Under the pieces are notes generated by a model, which was not told the origin of the DNA, ran no database searches, and saw only the letters and a program-made list of their open reading frames with translations. The position numbers and the translations under genes were made by a program. This document shows positions 24,501 to 35,700 of a DNA stretch of 64,000 nucleotides, piece after piece. How positions within the stretch are numbered: position 1 is the first letter of the stretch; the number at the start of each line of letters is the position of its first letter. This stretch comes from Tubiluchus corallicola (lineage: Eukaryota > Animalia > Priapulida). Location: assembly GCA_030141605.1 (NCBI GenBank), contig JAQGDQ010000030.1, forward strand, positions 62,001 through 126,000. The letters run 5' to 3'.

Positions 24501-27500
24501 ATCACTAAGTGTTTGCATTGTTCACTTTCAGTAGTTCTCTTTATAATGTTAATTTATGTGCCTTCAGTTTAACCTTCAGCTAAGTGAGTCGGTCGTTGTG
24601 ACTGTCATTTGCACTGCTTTGAACAGACATTGTTTATGCTTTTGCTTTTACACCAACTGTATGACGTTGAGCAGCAAAACACATCTGGATTTTTTTGTGA
24701 TTTATTTGAACTATTTCTTGAAGTGTATTTTTGTTTTGAGATACAAACTTTTAGTGCATCTTATCGACGTACGGTTTGTATGTTTTGCAGTGTCAGAATA
24801 TTGAAAAATCATCGGAAGCAAAAAGCAAACAGCATGAAGAATTTGAAAACATGATGCTGATTGCACATTATTATGCAAATCGGTAAGACAAAAGCTTTTT
24901 TAATGACTGAGATAAACTTGTTTTTCGTTTTTTCAGATGACTGACTAACTTTTTTAGATTAAATTAGTTTATTTCAGCATATAAAAAACATGAAAACATT
25001 ACATCATAGTACAATAAAATACTATAGTAAAAGCTAGGCTAAAATAGTACTATATAATACATTCAATAAATAAACATTCTTAGCTACCATGTGTCATGAC
25101 TATTATTTACAAACAGTCTATTATTCTACATGTTAAAATAACGAGATTGTATGATTCATATGGAGTTGACAGTAGTTAGTAGATGCATATTGTTCACAAA
25201 TTCTAGTAATCATTTTCTTATACTGCAACAGGCTTTCCAAACAAAGATGCAAAAAATGTGGCAATGATAAATTTGCACTAGCAGTTGCATTGTTGAAAAT
25301 CTCCATTCTATAACTGTTTGACTTGGTAGTCTATGGAATGCCATTTAATATCACATGGAAAACACAAAAGCACTTTTGTTCATGATCTGCTGCAATGCTT
25401 CTGTTAAATTATCAATGAAGAACATTCTAAGACTCGTTGCAAAATAATAACGTACTTTTTAAACAATTCACAGCAAAAATAATTGTTATTACTGGAATTA
25501 AGAATACAGATATCTTACATTTAATTAAACGATAACATCTTTATGAAATACCCGCGATGTAGCACCGAATGTTGCTATACCACGTTACTTGAGTTTCTTC
25601 TATCTGGTAAACATATGTATTACATAGCTAGCAACATTATACAATACATTGTTGTGTGCTTGCTTTTGAGCACATTGAAAGTTCATGATATTACATGTAA
25701 CATGCTACAGTAATAATAATTCTGGCTTGAAATGGCAACTATATCAAAATTTCTTGCTCAAACTAATAAAGCTGGTGTTCATCAGTTACTTTGACAAAAA
25801 TAACCACCTATGAGACACTATGAAATACACCCTTCTCAGAAGTTATAAGCTGTTTACCATACTACATAGATTAGCAGTAAAAATATCTTGCACTAAATTT
25901 TATTCTTTACCTGCAAGACGGAATATTTCTGCCGTGTGCTAAAATTCAGAATATTAATGAAAAATGTTTTTTTTTAGTTCAGTGTGTCTGAGTCAGTCTT
26001 CTTTGACATCACTGGCAGCTAAACTTGCAACAAGTTTACTTCGCCACATCGATGTTATACCTGCAGACAAAGCTTTCTATGAGGCTGGGACAATGTGCAA
26101 GGTAAACATGTGGATAAGAATTATCTGTGATGCCCTCGTCATTGTTAATTTTTTGCTAAAAGTAGGTGGCAAATAACAACTGACTGTCAAATTAAGTTGA
26201 AATAGCTAAAGAGCTGAAGGATGTGTAGTTCGTAGCTGATGGTTGAAGTAGTTATTAGCTAAAAATGTGGTTATTATGAAATTGCTCTTTCACATGTTTT
26301 CTTTTTTTCTAGAATGCTGGTCTGGAAAATATGGCTTTTGTCTTTTTAAACAAATATCTGGATTTGGTGGAGGTATTCTTAATGTTTATTTGTTTTATTT
26401 ATAAATTCAAATTGATAAGCATTTGATAAGAAGCATGTTAGTTGTTTGTTTAATGTGACATATATCATCTTTATTAGCAAATCAGAATGCAATATATTCT
26501 AGTGTAATGGTAACTCAGAAAACTTGCATATTCTTTGAAGCAAACTTTCCCTGTTATTTCTAAAAAACCTTAGGAAGCACTTTTGTTTATGTTTGTCTTA
26601 TTCAAAACATTTGAGATTTTGAGCAATCTTACAAACCATTCTATAGAAAATTGTAGCAATCACTGTTGCAATCCACATTAGCTGTAATTTACAGCTTGGT
26701 AGCAGCTAATATTTCTTTCTTAAACAGGCTATTGAAGATGGTTCACTAGATGCGCTTGATCACACAGATTTCCAAGATACCGACATTCCATATGAGATTC
26801 CTTTACCCGAAAAGCCGTACTTGAGTGTAAGTCTTTTCACTTAATGAGCTTGCATATAATTTCCTTGTTAATGTCCCATTGCTAAAACTTGTTGCTGTAT
26901 CATAGTTTTGATAAAACAGGATTAGTTTGTTAGCTCCATAGCTACAGCATTTGGTGATATGTAACAGTCTCGTGGCTCCGGGAGCGTGAACGCAGGAACT
27001 GCTGTTTCTTTTGATATGCTTCAGATTTAACTTCTAATTAAATTATTCTTTTCAATCAGAGCAATCTACCAAAACTTTAAAAAAAGAATTCTTGAAAATT
27101 GTTGCAGCTAACAAAGAACATTTGCTGAATTTTATTAAATTGTAGCTTAGAATAAGTAATTGTCAAATTTGATTTGAGACAATGTCTTCAGCTCCCATTT
27201 TTTCTATAATTTACTGTCTTGCTGATATGCACTTATTTTTAACTGTCCAGTCTCATTATTTGGATTTAGAAACTATTTTCTAGAAAGTGTCAGCCTATTC
27301 AAATTATCGGACGAATGTGTGTGTAGTTCACGCCACTTAATCATTATATTAAATCTCATCTAGGAAACGCGACACGAAGATGTGAAGGAGTGGGTGTTAG
27401 CTGTATCAATGGACCAGAAGGTAGAGCAGAAGTTGCCACAGGATGAAAGGAACACATTCGTGGGATCTTTGGTCGCAGCTGTTACGGGTGCTCGCTCTCT

Positions 27501-29020
27501 TCCGTGTGTCATCACAGGTATGTGCATGAGACCGAGTTCTTAAGATTGAAACCCAGTTCAATTCTAACATTGAGTTTGTTTTTGCATTCTCATTTCTGAG
27601 CATTTCACAGAGTTGTTTGTACAGTAACAACAATCGTAACAACACAATAATTCGACGCATTATAGAATCTCCATTTAAAGAATGCTTATAAGAACAACAT
27701 TATAAAGTAAATTTCTTGATGAGCCAATGTTAAAATTGATCTATAGGACTAACATCCCATTCGTATTTAGGCTACCCTGTTTTGCGAAACAAGCTGGAAT
27801 TTAAGCAGACAGGCCGAGCAGCAAACAAAGATGATTGGAACAAATTTCTCATGGCGGCAAAAGTAAGTTTCCTTTTTATTAAATGTTTTAGTAACATTTT
27901 AAGTGCATTAACATAGCATGTTGCATATTGGATGACTGATTCAATAACAAATGTTATCGCCACTGTTTCCCATCTTATTGGTTACGAGTTGTATAAGTAC
28001 CACCTCATAGGGTAAAGAAAAAAATAAATGTTTTGTTTTTGCCTAGAAATTCAGTTTGAATATCATCGTAAAAGTATAGCAAATTTTTGACTTGCAATGG
28101 GCTAATTGAGAAAAATTAGTCATTTTGAACTAAAATGTTAGGTGGCGCAAAAAAATGTCCGGAAGGTTTGATTATGATATTATAAGAAGAAATTAACGAA
28201 ATCAGTTGACAATTACCACGCTGATGTTACAGACCCTCACATGTAAGCACCAAAAATTTTAGCTCATTCTCTTAGATTTTTCCGAAGAAGTTTTAAAACA
28301 AGAAGTCAAAAAAATAACTGTTGGTATCACTATTGTTATATCACCATGATAGCAAGTGCTCTATGTGTGTCCATCATTTTTGACGCATCTAAACAAAGGT
28401 ATTTCTTCCAATGACTGATACAATTTCTAACTTCTTTGATGGGTATTTGGTACTAGCAGTCAATAATTTTTGCCCTCAATTCCTCCACATCAGACGGATC
28501 TGTGCGGCAAACATACTCTTTAAGGGAATTCCAGATTCAGAAGATTATTTCCTATTTTTTCTTGACAGCAAATCTTAATCACAGATTTATTTTCTTTGGT
28601 GCAGACTATGATATAAACTGGTTGAAATCTTTATTGTTTAGCTGCTGTGTATTGAGGGCTGTATAATAAGTTAGCGTGACTGTTTTGCAGAAGATGATTT
28701 GGTGTCATTGTTCATGCATTTACATTTTTAACATGCAAAACTTTTTCAACCATAACCTAAAAACTATAAAAACTCTAAACGTGTAACTTTCACAGCCAGA
28801 AGTTAATTTATTGTAACATCATGCTGTGAAATTTCAACTATTTTGGGCTCTTGCTTCTAATATTATTGTAGTCTAAACTTATATGATTCTGATTTCTGTA
28901 TAACTGCAAAGGTTTTGTTTACCTTTACAGATGTCCCACAGTTTAGATTGCCAGGATGTGCTGAGATTCATCACTGAGTGGTGTGGAGCTACACCAAATC
29001 CCAGTTACTCGTTTCAGTAA
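406..29020 (+). CDS. IFT172: Intraflagellar transport protein 172 (WD40 + TPR/WAA repeats), 5'-partial, 35 coding exons in window
   Basis: Exons (hand-spliced, all GT-AG, frame continuous, 4854 nt = 1617 aa + stop): 406-485, 1475-1562, 2055-2269, 2923-3046, 3442-3537, 3744-3905, 4648-4701, 5060-5163, 5680-5878, 6815-6982, 8016-8152, 8690-8797, 9000-9177, 9548-9706, 13023-13190, 13913-14112, 14482-14716, 15104-15337, 16769-16885, 17618-17760, 18015-18173, 18437-18617, 19249-19494, 21081-21188, 21975-22075, 22858-23008, 23532-23648, 24212-24322, 24791-24882, 25978-26101, 26313-26372, 26728-26826, 27364-27517, 27771-27862, 28931-29020. Peptides recognised as IFT172: [93 protein letters not shown]-terminus [17 protein letters not shown]. 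Roughly 130 N-terminal residues should lie upstream of the window. Confidence 0.97.
646..1453. mobile_element. Non-autonomous Tc1/mariner (pogo/Tigger-like) MITE, about 808 bp
   Basis: TA|CAGTAAGCGCTGCTTAATAGAC at 644-667 and GTTTATTAAGCGGCACCTACTG|TA at 1432-1455 form about 22-bp imperfect TIRs starting CAGT, with a TA target duplication. Subterminal TTAATAGAC(T/A)C repeats are present; no coding capacity. Confidence 0.8.
6360..6537. repeat. Foldback inverted repeat with about 80-bp arms in an IFT172 intron
   Basis: Left arm ATATCTCTGCATGTCTTATACTAACT...GTAAAAATGTACTA matches the reverse complement of right arm TAGTACATTTTTAC...AGTTAGCGTAAGACATGTAGAGATAT. The short spacer contains AATAAA. 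Confidence 0.85.
9975..12947 (-). mobile_element. Degenerate, near full-length Rex1/Babar-type non-LTR retrotransposon (APE + RT) in an IFT172 intron
   Basis: The 5' end CAAGATGGCGCC starts at 12947 on the minus strand. APE motifs: [33 protein letters not shown] (12144-12689). Linker: [15 protein letters not shown] (11678-12079). RT: [41 protein letters not shown](Y)[32 protein letters not shown] (10223-11293). The 3' end has AATTTCATTGTA...AATGACAATAAA plus a short (ACTT)n-like tail near 9975-10035. Multiple frameshifts and stops. Confidence 0.9.
10223..11293 (-). pseudogene. Reverse transcriptase domain of the Rex1/Babar element, catalytically mutated
   Basis: 356-aa open fragment with RT motifs. 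FADD is changed to FAYD (10811-10822), there is a short in-frame duplication (DAVAL..DVAL), and it is separated from the upstream APE by frameshifts. Confidence 0.85.
14836..15120 (+). repeat. Local tandem duplication that includes the 3' splice site of IFT172 exon 15104
   Basis: TGTGATATATAAAAAAGAAATTTTTGAAATT occurs at about 14836 and about 14975. TTTGAATTGCAGCCGTGTGCAT (about 14925-14946) matches TTTAGATTGCAGCCATGTGTAT (about 15099-15120). Confidence 0.8.
15523..15556. repeat. (TA)n microsatellite
   Basis: Perfect run of about 17 TA units. Confidence 0.95.
16931..17043. repeat. Tandem direct duplication of about 45 bp
   Basis: TTCTGAATTACTATGTGAACTTAAAGCAAACATTGTTACACTAGT versus TTCTGAGTTACTATGTGAAGTTAAAAGCAAACAGTGTTTCACTAGT. 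Confidence 0.85.
18633..18802. mobile_element. Inverted repeat carrying two degenerate minimal type-I hammerhead ribozymes (Penelope-like pseudo-LTR relic)
   Basis: Arms of about 57 bp at 18633-18689 and 18740-18797. The + arm reads TTTCTG-CTGATGA-AGTC-TGTGAGG-GAC-GAAA-ACTT-CTGAGG, followed by AATAAA at 18797-18802. The - arm reads CAG-CAGATGA-AGTC-ATGAG-GTAC-AAAG-GCTT-CAGAGAAA. Confidence 0.6.
18754..18795 (+). ncRNA. Hammerhead ribozyme core (degenerate minimal type I)
   Basis: CUGAUGA at 18760-18766, stem II GUC/GAC, GAAA at 18781-18784. Stems I and III carry mismatches relative to the two-arm consensus, so it is probably inactive. Confidence 0.5.
21410..22428. repeat. Two direct copies of a roughly 90-bp sequence (21410-21499 and 22342-22428) flanking IFT172 exon 21975-22075
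   Basis: ACATTTTATTTCGTTGTGCAGAATTGGATATTTAAT(A/T)GTTGGTATTTTT...GGAATTCTTCAAA is present in both adjacent introns. Confidence 0.85.
28139..28540 (-). mobile_element. 3' fragment of a Tc1/mariner transposon with transposase C-terminus remnant
   Basis: The minus strand from 28536 reads [39 protein letters not shown], then (frameshifted) SHWKK..KNDG and HIEHLL, typical of the Tc1/mariner DDE C-terminus. It ends in TIR-like CCGGACATTTTTTTGCGCCACC|TA at about 28139-28163. Confidence 0.7.
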
Positions 29021-29930
29021 ATAATTTCTTATTATGCTGACATCAGTAAAATGTGGTTTTGCAGTGTGTGTTATTTAACTACATTTCAAAAATGTATTGC
29101 TGCGTACGTGCGTGTTTCATTGGAGCTCACATTAGCAGTATATGTTTTTCATTAGTGCATTGATCAGAACAATACTGCCAGATTAATTATTGTACAAGGT
29201 TTGATTGTCAATGGCATTGTCAAGTACATGTGTTGCTGTAGTCTATTGTCAAAACTTGCACAACCAAAATATGTGTGCTAAGGGTTTTCTGATAAACCCT
29301 AAACAGTTTTTAGTTTTCTTTAGTTTCTTAGCAGCATTAGTAAAACATGTTCTTGTTCAGTACTTTATCTAAGCTGGCATTGCCAATACATTCCAGTGCT
29401 TTACATTGTGTAAGCTGACTTTTCTAACATATTATTTTGCAGTACATTATCTAAACTTTGTGCTAGATAATTTACAATGCATTGTCTATAAAGTGGCATG
29501 TAAATTGTTCCACATTATATTGCCTATCCTAGCATAATTAAAAATATGTTTTTAAACATTGTAAAAGTGTGATTTAAACTGGCATTACCAACACGAAAAC
29601 TTATAATGTATCAAGCTACTCAATTGTTCAATTGTTCTTTCCACAAACAAATGCATAATGAGACCACAATTACGTGAATTTTTTGCTGTGAATGTGTTTA
29701 CTCCTTATATTTGCTAAGCTAAGCACATAGCCATAGGGCCATAACCAAAACGCAGGGTCAGATTAGCTGACAACATTCACTTATTATAAAACCTGCTGTG
29801 AAACTAAGTACGAGTATACAGCACTAAGTTTTGACTTTAAAAAACCTCCAGTATACATTGATAATGTTAATTCCGTCCATTACACTTGTGATATTTATGT
29901 TATATGCCTTTAAAGACGTAAAAACTTATT

Positions 29931-30063
29931 TAATAAAGAATATTGTTTCTGTAGACATAAACTTTGTATGTAGATTTGATGCTGTTTATCTGGTGCCTTG
30001 TTATTTGGATAATGCTTTTCAAACACAAACCACTGATCAGTATTTTAAAATATAAACAATAAA
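29931..30063 (+). terminator. Candidate IFT172 polyadenylation signals (AATAAA at about 29932 and about 30058)
   Basis: Canonical hexamers about 0.9-1.0 kb after the stop, in AT-rich sequence. Usage is unverified. Confidence 0.35.
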
Positions 30064-30112
30064 TGCAGTTAATGTTGTTATTAGTGGCAAAGACAACGTG
30101 CTTATCTCACTA

Positions 30113-32038
30113 CAGTCAAGCCTCGTTATACCGTCCACTTTGGGACTGGAAAAAAGATAGCGTTATAGCGAGTTTGCTATTATAACGAGGTGTGTTAAAT
30201 TTTGCCTTTGACGAATCGTAAAACAGTCAGATAAGTGTACACTGGTTAGAGACCACAATTATCACTCTAAAGGTTAGCGAATTAAAAGAAAATTATTAAA
30301 TTAATCATTTGTGAATTAATGACCTATAGAAAATCAATTTTTAAAGATCATTTGGTTTACACAACAAGACATTTTACTCAACTATATATATATATATATA
30401 TACATGTAATAGGCTATAGGCCTGCTGCACCACTAATCATGTATATGTAAAAAAGGTTAAGTCATAACTACAAATTTCTTGCTGGGATTTACTTGGATGA
30501 TTTTCTTAGAAATATCCATGTATTTTCCATCAGTTGCCATTATGACTGCATGGCGATTATTGCAATAATATCAGAGCTACCAATCCTTTACTACTGTGCA
30601 CAGGACAGCTTGTAAACAATCAGACCATGGTATCATGCAATATTTTACACGACACGTGACGCCTGGTCAGTGTAGGGTGACTCGCGGGTCTAATGTTAAT
30701 CATTTTCGTTGACTGCCCAATCAGCGTGCATGTTATTTTGCACCCCTACAGTGCTTAATTAACGCAGGTACGTTCGAAACATTTAGCTTCAGCTGCGTCT
30801 AGTACTGTTATGAAAAATACTCAACTTTTCATTTGTTAGCGGGAGAAATATTGGCCTGGTTCTAGATTTTATTATTGTCAATTGAAATTGCAAGTGAATT
30901 AGTGGAAATATATAGTCTAGTTTTGTTTATAGCAAAAAATGCACAGCGCTTACCTCTATGAGTTGCTGATAAAACCATTTGACAATCAAGAAAGTACGCA
31001 GCTTGGTTCATGGCTTTTTTGCAAGTTAAACAAAAACAACTATTTGATTAACTTTAAATAAGGACAAAACAAAATGTTTTCTGGTCAGTTTCTATAAACC
31101 TCAATGAGATCTTCACAGTCAAAATTAATTCAAATGTGATCAAAACATATTGTACATCAATGTAATATTAGTTAATTTTACACTATTTTTCTGGTTATAA
31201 TCATGGTTAAAAGGTGCCATTGGGACTTATGTGACTCGACCATTTAATATAAGGGTCGTCTATGGAATGGAACTATCAAATTTATTCCATTTCCGTAGCC
31301 TGACAAACAGAAACTTAATAAATCTTGCAGACGAGCATATGATCAGTTAATATAGAAAAATACATCGCAGGTATGGGTTCGTATATTCAAAAGCAAAAGA
31401 GGCTGCAAATATATTTTGTTGCTTATTTATTGCAAAGCAAGGCTAACTGGCTTAGTTTCTTTATTATACTTATGTCTCTATATTTTGTAGTGCTTTGAAA
31501 CTTCGTCTCTACATTCTGTTTAAATTGAAAAGTCATTTTTTCGCTACTTGTAGCATTATTTTGTGTCAAAATAGATGCTGCTCTGCAAATTTGTGTTTAT
31601 GAAAAAGTGCAATCAGTTTATTTCTGATTATACATTATTTGTGACTGTCATGTTGTTTAGTTTAATTTAGTCAGTTGTTGTCCAACGTGAGCCGTTGTCC
31701 CGAATGCTGCTAAGCATGCTTATGATACAGCAGAGGTTCAGCGATAGACCAATTTGTTTGATGTCACTATCCTGGTCGTTGGCTGGCTGGCATGGCTGGT
31801 GGTATTTCCAAAGCAGTGAAAGGTCTAAAGATTCTGTAGTTTCACAAAATCAGAAGAAAGCTATTGTTAGCTTGTTTCAGCTTCAAGCCGATCCCGGAGA
31901 AAGATAGAGGTGAAGTTATTTTCGCATGCTTCAGACTTACTGATATATGCATTTATTTTCGTATGCTTTAGTCTTACTGATTCGAATATGGCCGTTTTGT
32001 TCCTGGCCATTTTGCAGGCGGTAAACGAGGTTTGACTG
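30113..32038. mobile_element. Non-autonomous pogo/Tigger-like DNA transposon, about 1.9 kb, between IFT172 and SF1
   Basis: TA|CAGTCAAGCCTCGTT at 30111-30127 and AACGAGGTTTGACTG|TA at 32024-32040 form 15-bp TIRs with one mismatch and a TA duplication. Subterminal CGTTATA/TATAACG repeats are present; no recognisable transposase ORF. Confidence 0.8.
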
Positions 32039-32589
32039 TATTATTTATTGCTCCTGATGCCTATCTTGATGAAGTTGATGCTGTATGTGTAAGTCACACA
32101 ACTTTATGTTTCAATTTGCCTGTTTTTAGAGATCAAGACTTCTTAAATGTACATGTATATTCGGGATTCCCATTACAAAAGACAATACTATAATAACAAT
32201 CTCAGCTATTGAAAAAAGATAGCACAGTGTTACAAAAATTATTTATATTACCACACCAATCACAGAAGGAATCATATTATGGTACCGCATAAACGTTAAT
32301 GACTGAATCGATGAAAGACTGCTAACCACCAACTACAGGCTTACAAAAAACGGGTTTGTACTGCATTCACTTTTCAATGAACGACTGAACATCAGAAGCT
32401 GCAATTTCCCTAGCAAACGAAAAATACAAGAGTTAACGGTAAAGTGAATATTGAAGCATTAAATTTTACTTTTTTTGAAAATAGCTGAAGTATTTTTTTT
32501 CAATCCGATTACTCTTTAGCTCTCATTGCTTTCTAGGAGCCTGAATAACAGGAGTCCTTTGGTATCTGTTAATAATTCTATAATAGCCT

Positions 32590-32763
32590 GGCAGCGACCG
32601 TACAGTCGTGGAACGGCGACGATATTTCGTCTGCGCAAATTGATGTGTGTTTAATGTGCGTCACATATGTATTTTCCGCCATCTTTTCTATCGCCATTTT
32701 TGTTTAGTGGAGAGAATCAAGTAAAAGTTATTATAAATCGAAAATTTACCTCACAGAACTAGT
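32590..32763 (+). promoter_or_regulatory. SF1 promoter / 5'UTR region with tandem YY1-like motifs
   Basis: CpG-enriched patch before the ATG. CCGCCATCTT (32676-32685) and CGCCATTTT (32692-32700) match the YY1/Pho CGCCATNTT consensus often found near housekeeping TSSs. TGCGCA occurs at about 32632. Confidence 0.5.
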
Positions 32764-35700
32764 ATGTCGGGTACAGGAGCAAACAGCCTACCAATCGGAC
32801 GCTTGAATCCGATTTTAACTGGCAGAAAGACATTCAGTGGACCTTCGCTTTTGAAACAAGCGCAAGAACTCCAAGCAATGAAACGAGGATCAGATCAAAT
32901 GGAACCGGAAGCGCAGCCTAATTATGCAGGTTTGAGAATTGAAGTTCCTGTATCGTATGAGTAGTATTTGACATACCATCTGTGAAGCGAGAAGCGCTGT
33001 TTATGAGAATAGAAATAAGTTGTCGGGCTAAGCTTTCACATCTGTAAATCATACTGGTGTTATTCTAAGTTACAATATCATCATTTGTAATTTCTCGATC
33101 ATCTCACGTAATTTTAAATTTTTGCTAAGTTTATTGAAATATTCATTGCAAAATTTTATTTAATGTATTGTATTTCAAATAATTGAGTACCTAGGTATTT
33201 GTAGGCTGGTCCTGTTTGGTCGGTAAATAAATAGAAAACATAATTTACAGACATTGGCGGCGCTATTACACTTTCGCACCGCCTAGCTTTTTCTAGGTTA
33301 TTACTCGTTTTTAGGGTCGTACGTCATCATTCTATTATTCTTACGTCATCAGTGAATGTTTCCGCTAATCTAATTATAATTTAATCACATATTTAGGTAT
33401 AATTACCAATAATTACGCTGTATTCACAGTTCTACACCTATACAGGGCGTATCGCCATCTTGTTTGTGTGTGTGTCATGTGACGAATTTCGTGCTAGTTT
33501 ATGCATTATCAGGGCCTAGTTTAAAAGGCATGTGACACACTTTTATCTTAACCGCATTTACAAAATAAAGAAAAAATCTTTACTTTTATAATCTAATAAT
33601 ACTACAGTAATAAATAAAATTAATGATATGTACTCATTATATACTCATTATCACCACCATTATTGCAGTGTTATTTTTATCGTTATCGTCATCACTACCA
33701 CTATTCTGATGCCATCGAAACAGCGAAGATACCGCGATAAATATTTCACATTATTATTTTTGTAGTAGCAAGGGAACACTGTAATACGATACAAACTCCC
33801 GTGGCTGCAACCCTAATAATCATAAATTATGAGAAGAAACTAAAGATACAGGTTAAGGGCCACATACGTCACTGCGCGAGAGCGATTGCGCATTAGTAGT
33901 GTAAACACAGTTATTCACTTTGAGCTTCTTGCATGTTGGTGACGGTAAGTAATGTATGACTTTAATCTGGAATTGTAAGGCCTAAAAACCAATAATATTA
34001 TGGGAATATGGCGTATATTACGCCTGTTGGTCTGCTTTCTGGCCTGCAGGCGTGAAAACAAACAATAGGCTAGAAAAAACTAGGAGGCGCGAAAGTGTAA
34101 TAGTGCCGGTTATTATAATAAAGAGTCAAAGTCGCTGGACAGTGAGCCAGCTATAGATATCTATTTAGCCTTAGATTCTTTTGGCAAGGTATAAATTTCT
34201 AGCCAATTTTTGCTAAGTAAATGTCAGACGTATCACGTCTTTAATTGAAACTTTACAACTGTAGAAAGAGTATGAATTTTTTTTAATCTTTCTGAAATTT
34301 TGACTATTGCCGTATTGGCAGCAGATTTGAAACTCAGACTTTTTGGTGTTTTTGCATTTGTTACTGGAAACAGAGCTTTTTCAGAAACCATTATTATATT
34401 AAGTCTACATGGTAGTATTTTTGCAAAAATTTGAATTATACTCACTGCAGTAGACTAGGTGTGATTTTGTTAAACAGTTGTGCGTTTTTGAAAATTTCTG
34501 ATTTGATTTTTGCATGTAGGATATGGACAGTTTAGTCACTTGCAGCAGCAGCAACAGCAAATGATGTCACAATATCAAAAGCTGATGTCAACTCCACCCC
34601 CAAGTATGCAACAAAGTCCTGGAGACAGTTTAACTCCAGGCTCTGATCGACGCAAAAAGAAGCGGAAGTCGCGGTGGGGTGGAGACGAAACAGAAAAGAC
34701 ATTCATTCCGGGCATGCCAACCATCCTTCCATCGAGCTTGTCACCAGACCAAGAAAGAGCTTATCTCTGTAAGCATTATTACTTTTGTATTTTTATTAGT
34801 CTAGTTAAGTAACCTATCCGCATTTTTTTTATGTTTCATCATTGTATAGTGAATTTGATAAGTTTAATAGTTGGGAACAGTTTGCCCCATGATTTCCTTC
34901 TGATGTTTTTTTTTTCAAAGACTACATTCCGCTATTTTAACTTTTGTGGTCTCCGTAGTTCTCTTCCTTCCTGATGGTTACATTTGTCAACTGGTCATTA
35001 AAATTAGAATGAGTTCATTATTATTTTTCTCTTTTTTGAAATGAATGATCATTCATTCTGGTTTAAATAACTGGCTAATTCTGACTTCTAGTGAAATGCG
35101 GATAGGTTGATGTTTTTGCATTAAGAGTTGTGTCCTCGGTTATCATTAATTAGCAGGTTAGTAGGTTAGCAACATGTCATTAGAGGAGATGGAAAAATGG
35201 ACTTTGGCATCATTTGCAGAACTTCTCAATTGTAGAATTCTCCCTGACATCTTCATACGTGATTTAACAAATAAAATTTCTCTATGAAGGGACATAATGG
35301 CATTTACTTTTTACATTATATTTATTAACTTGTATCGTGCTTTGGATATATCTACTTAGAAATTCTACTTTATTGTTTCGCTAATGTTTGTTTAGCTCTA
35401 TTGTTTTAATAATACATACTGTAGTAAGATATTTTGTTAGGAGAATTCTACACTTTGTGGTAAGTATAAACTGTATGATAGGGGTGTTGGCTGTGGGTAA
35501 TGGGTATTTTAGCAACCAGAACATTTCAGGTGGTTTCTTGTTTTGCACCACTCATGTTTTGAAATTCGTGGAGTAGGGAGTAGGTATAATTTTTTACAGG
35601 TTAGGTTCGTCGGAGAACATGAGAATCGACCGATTTGCTTTGTTTTTTCAGCACAGGTCTTCTGAAGACGTGCGCTGCGTTTTTAATTTTTTAGGTAGAG

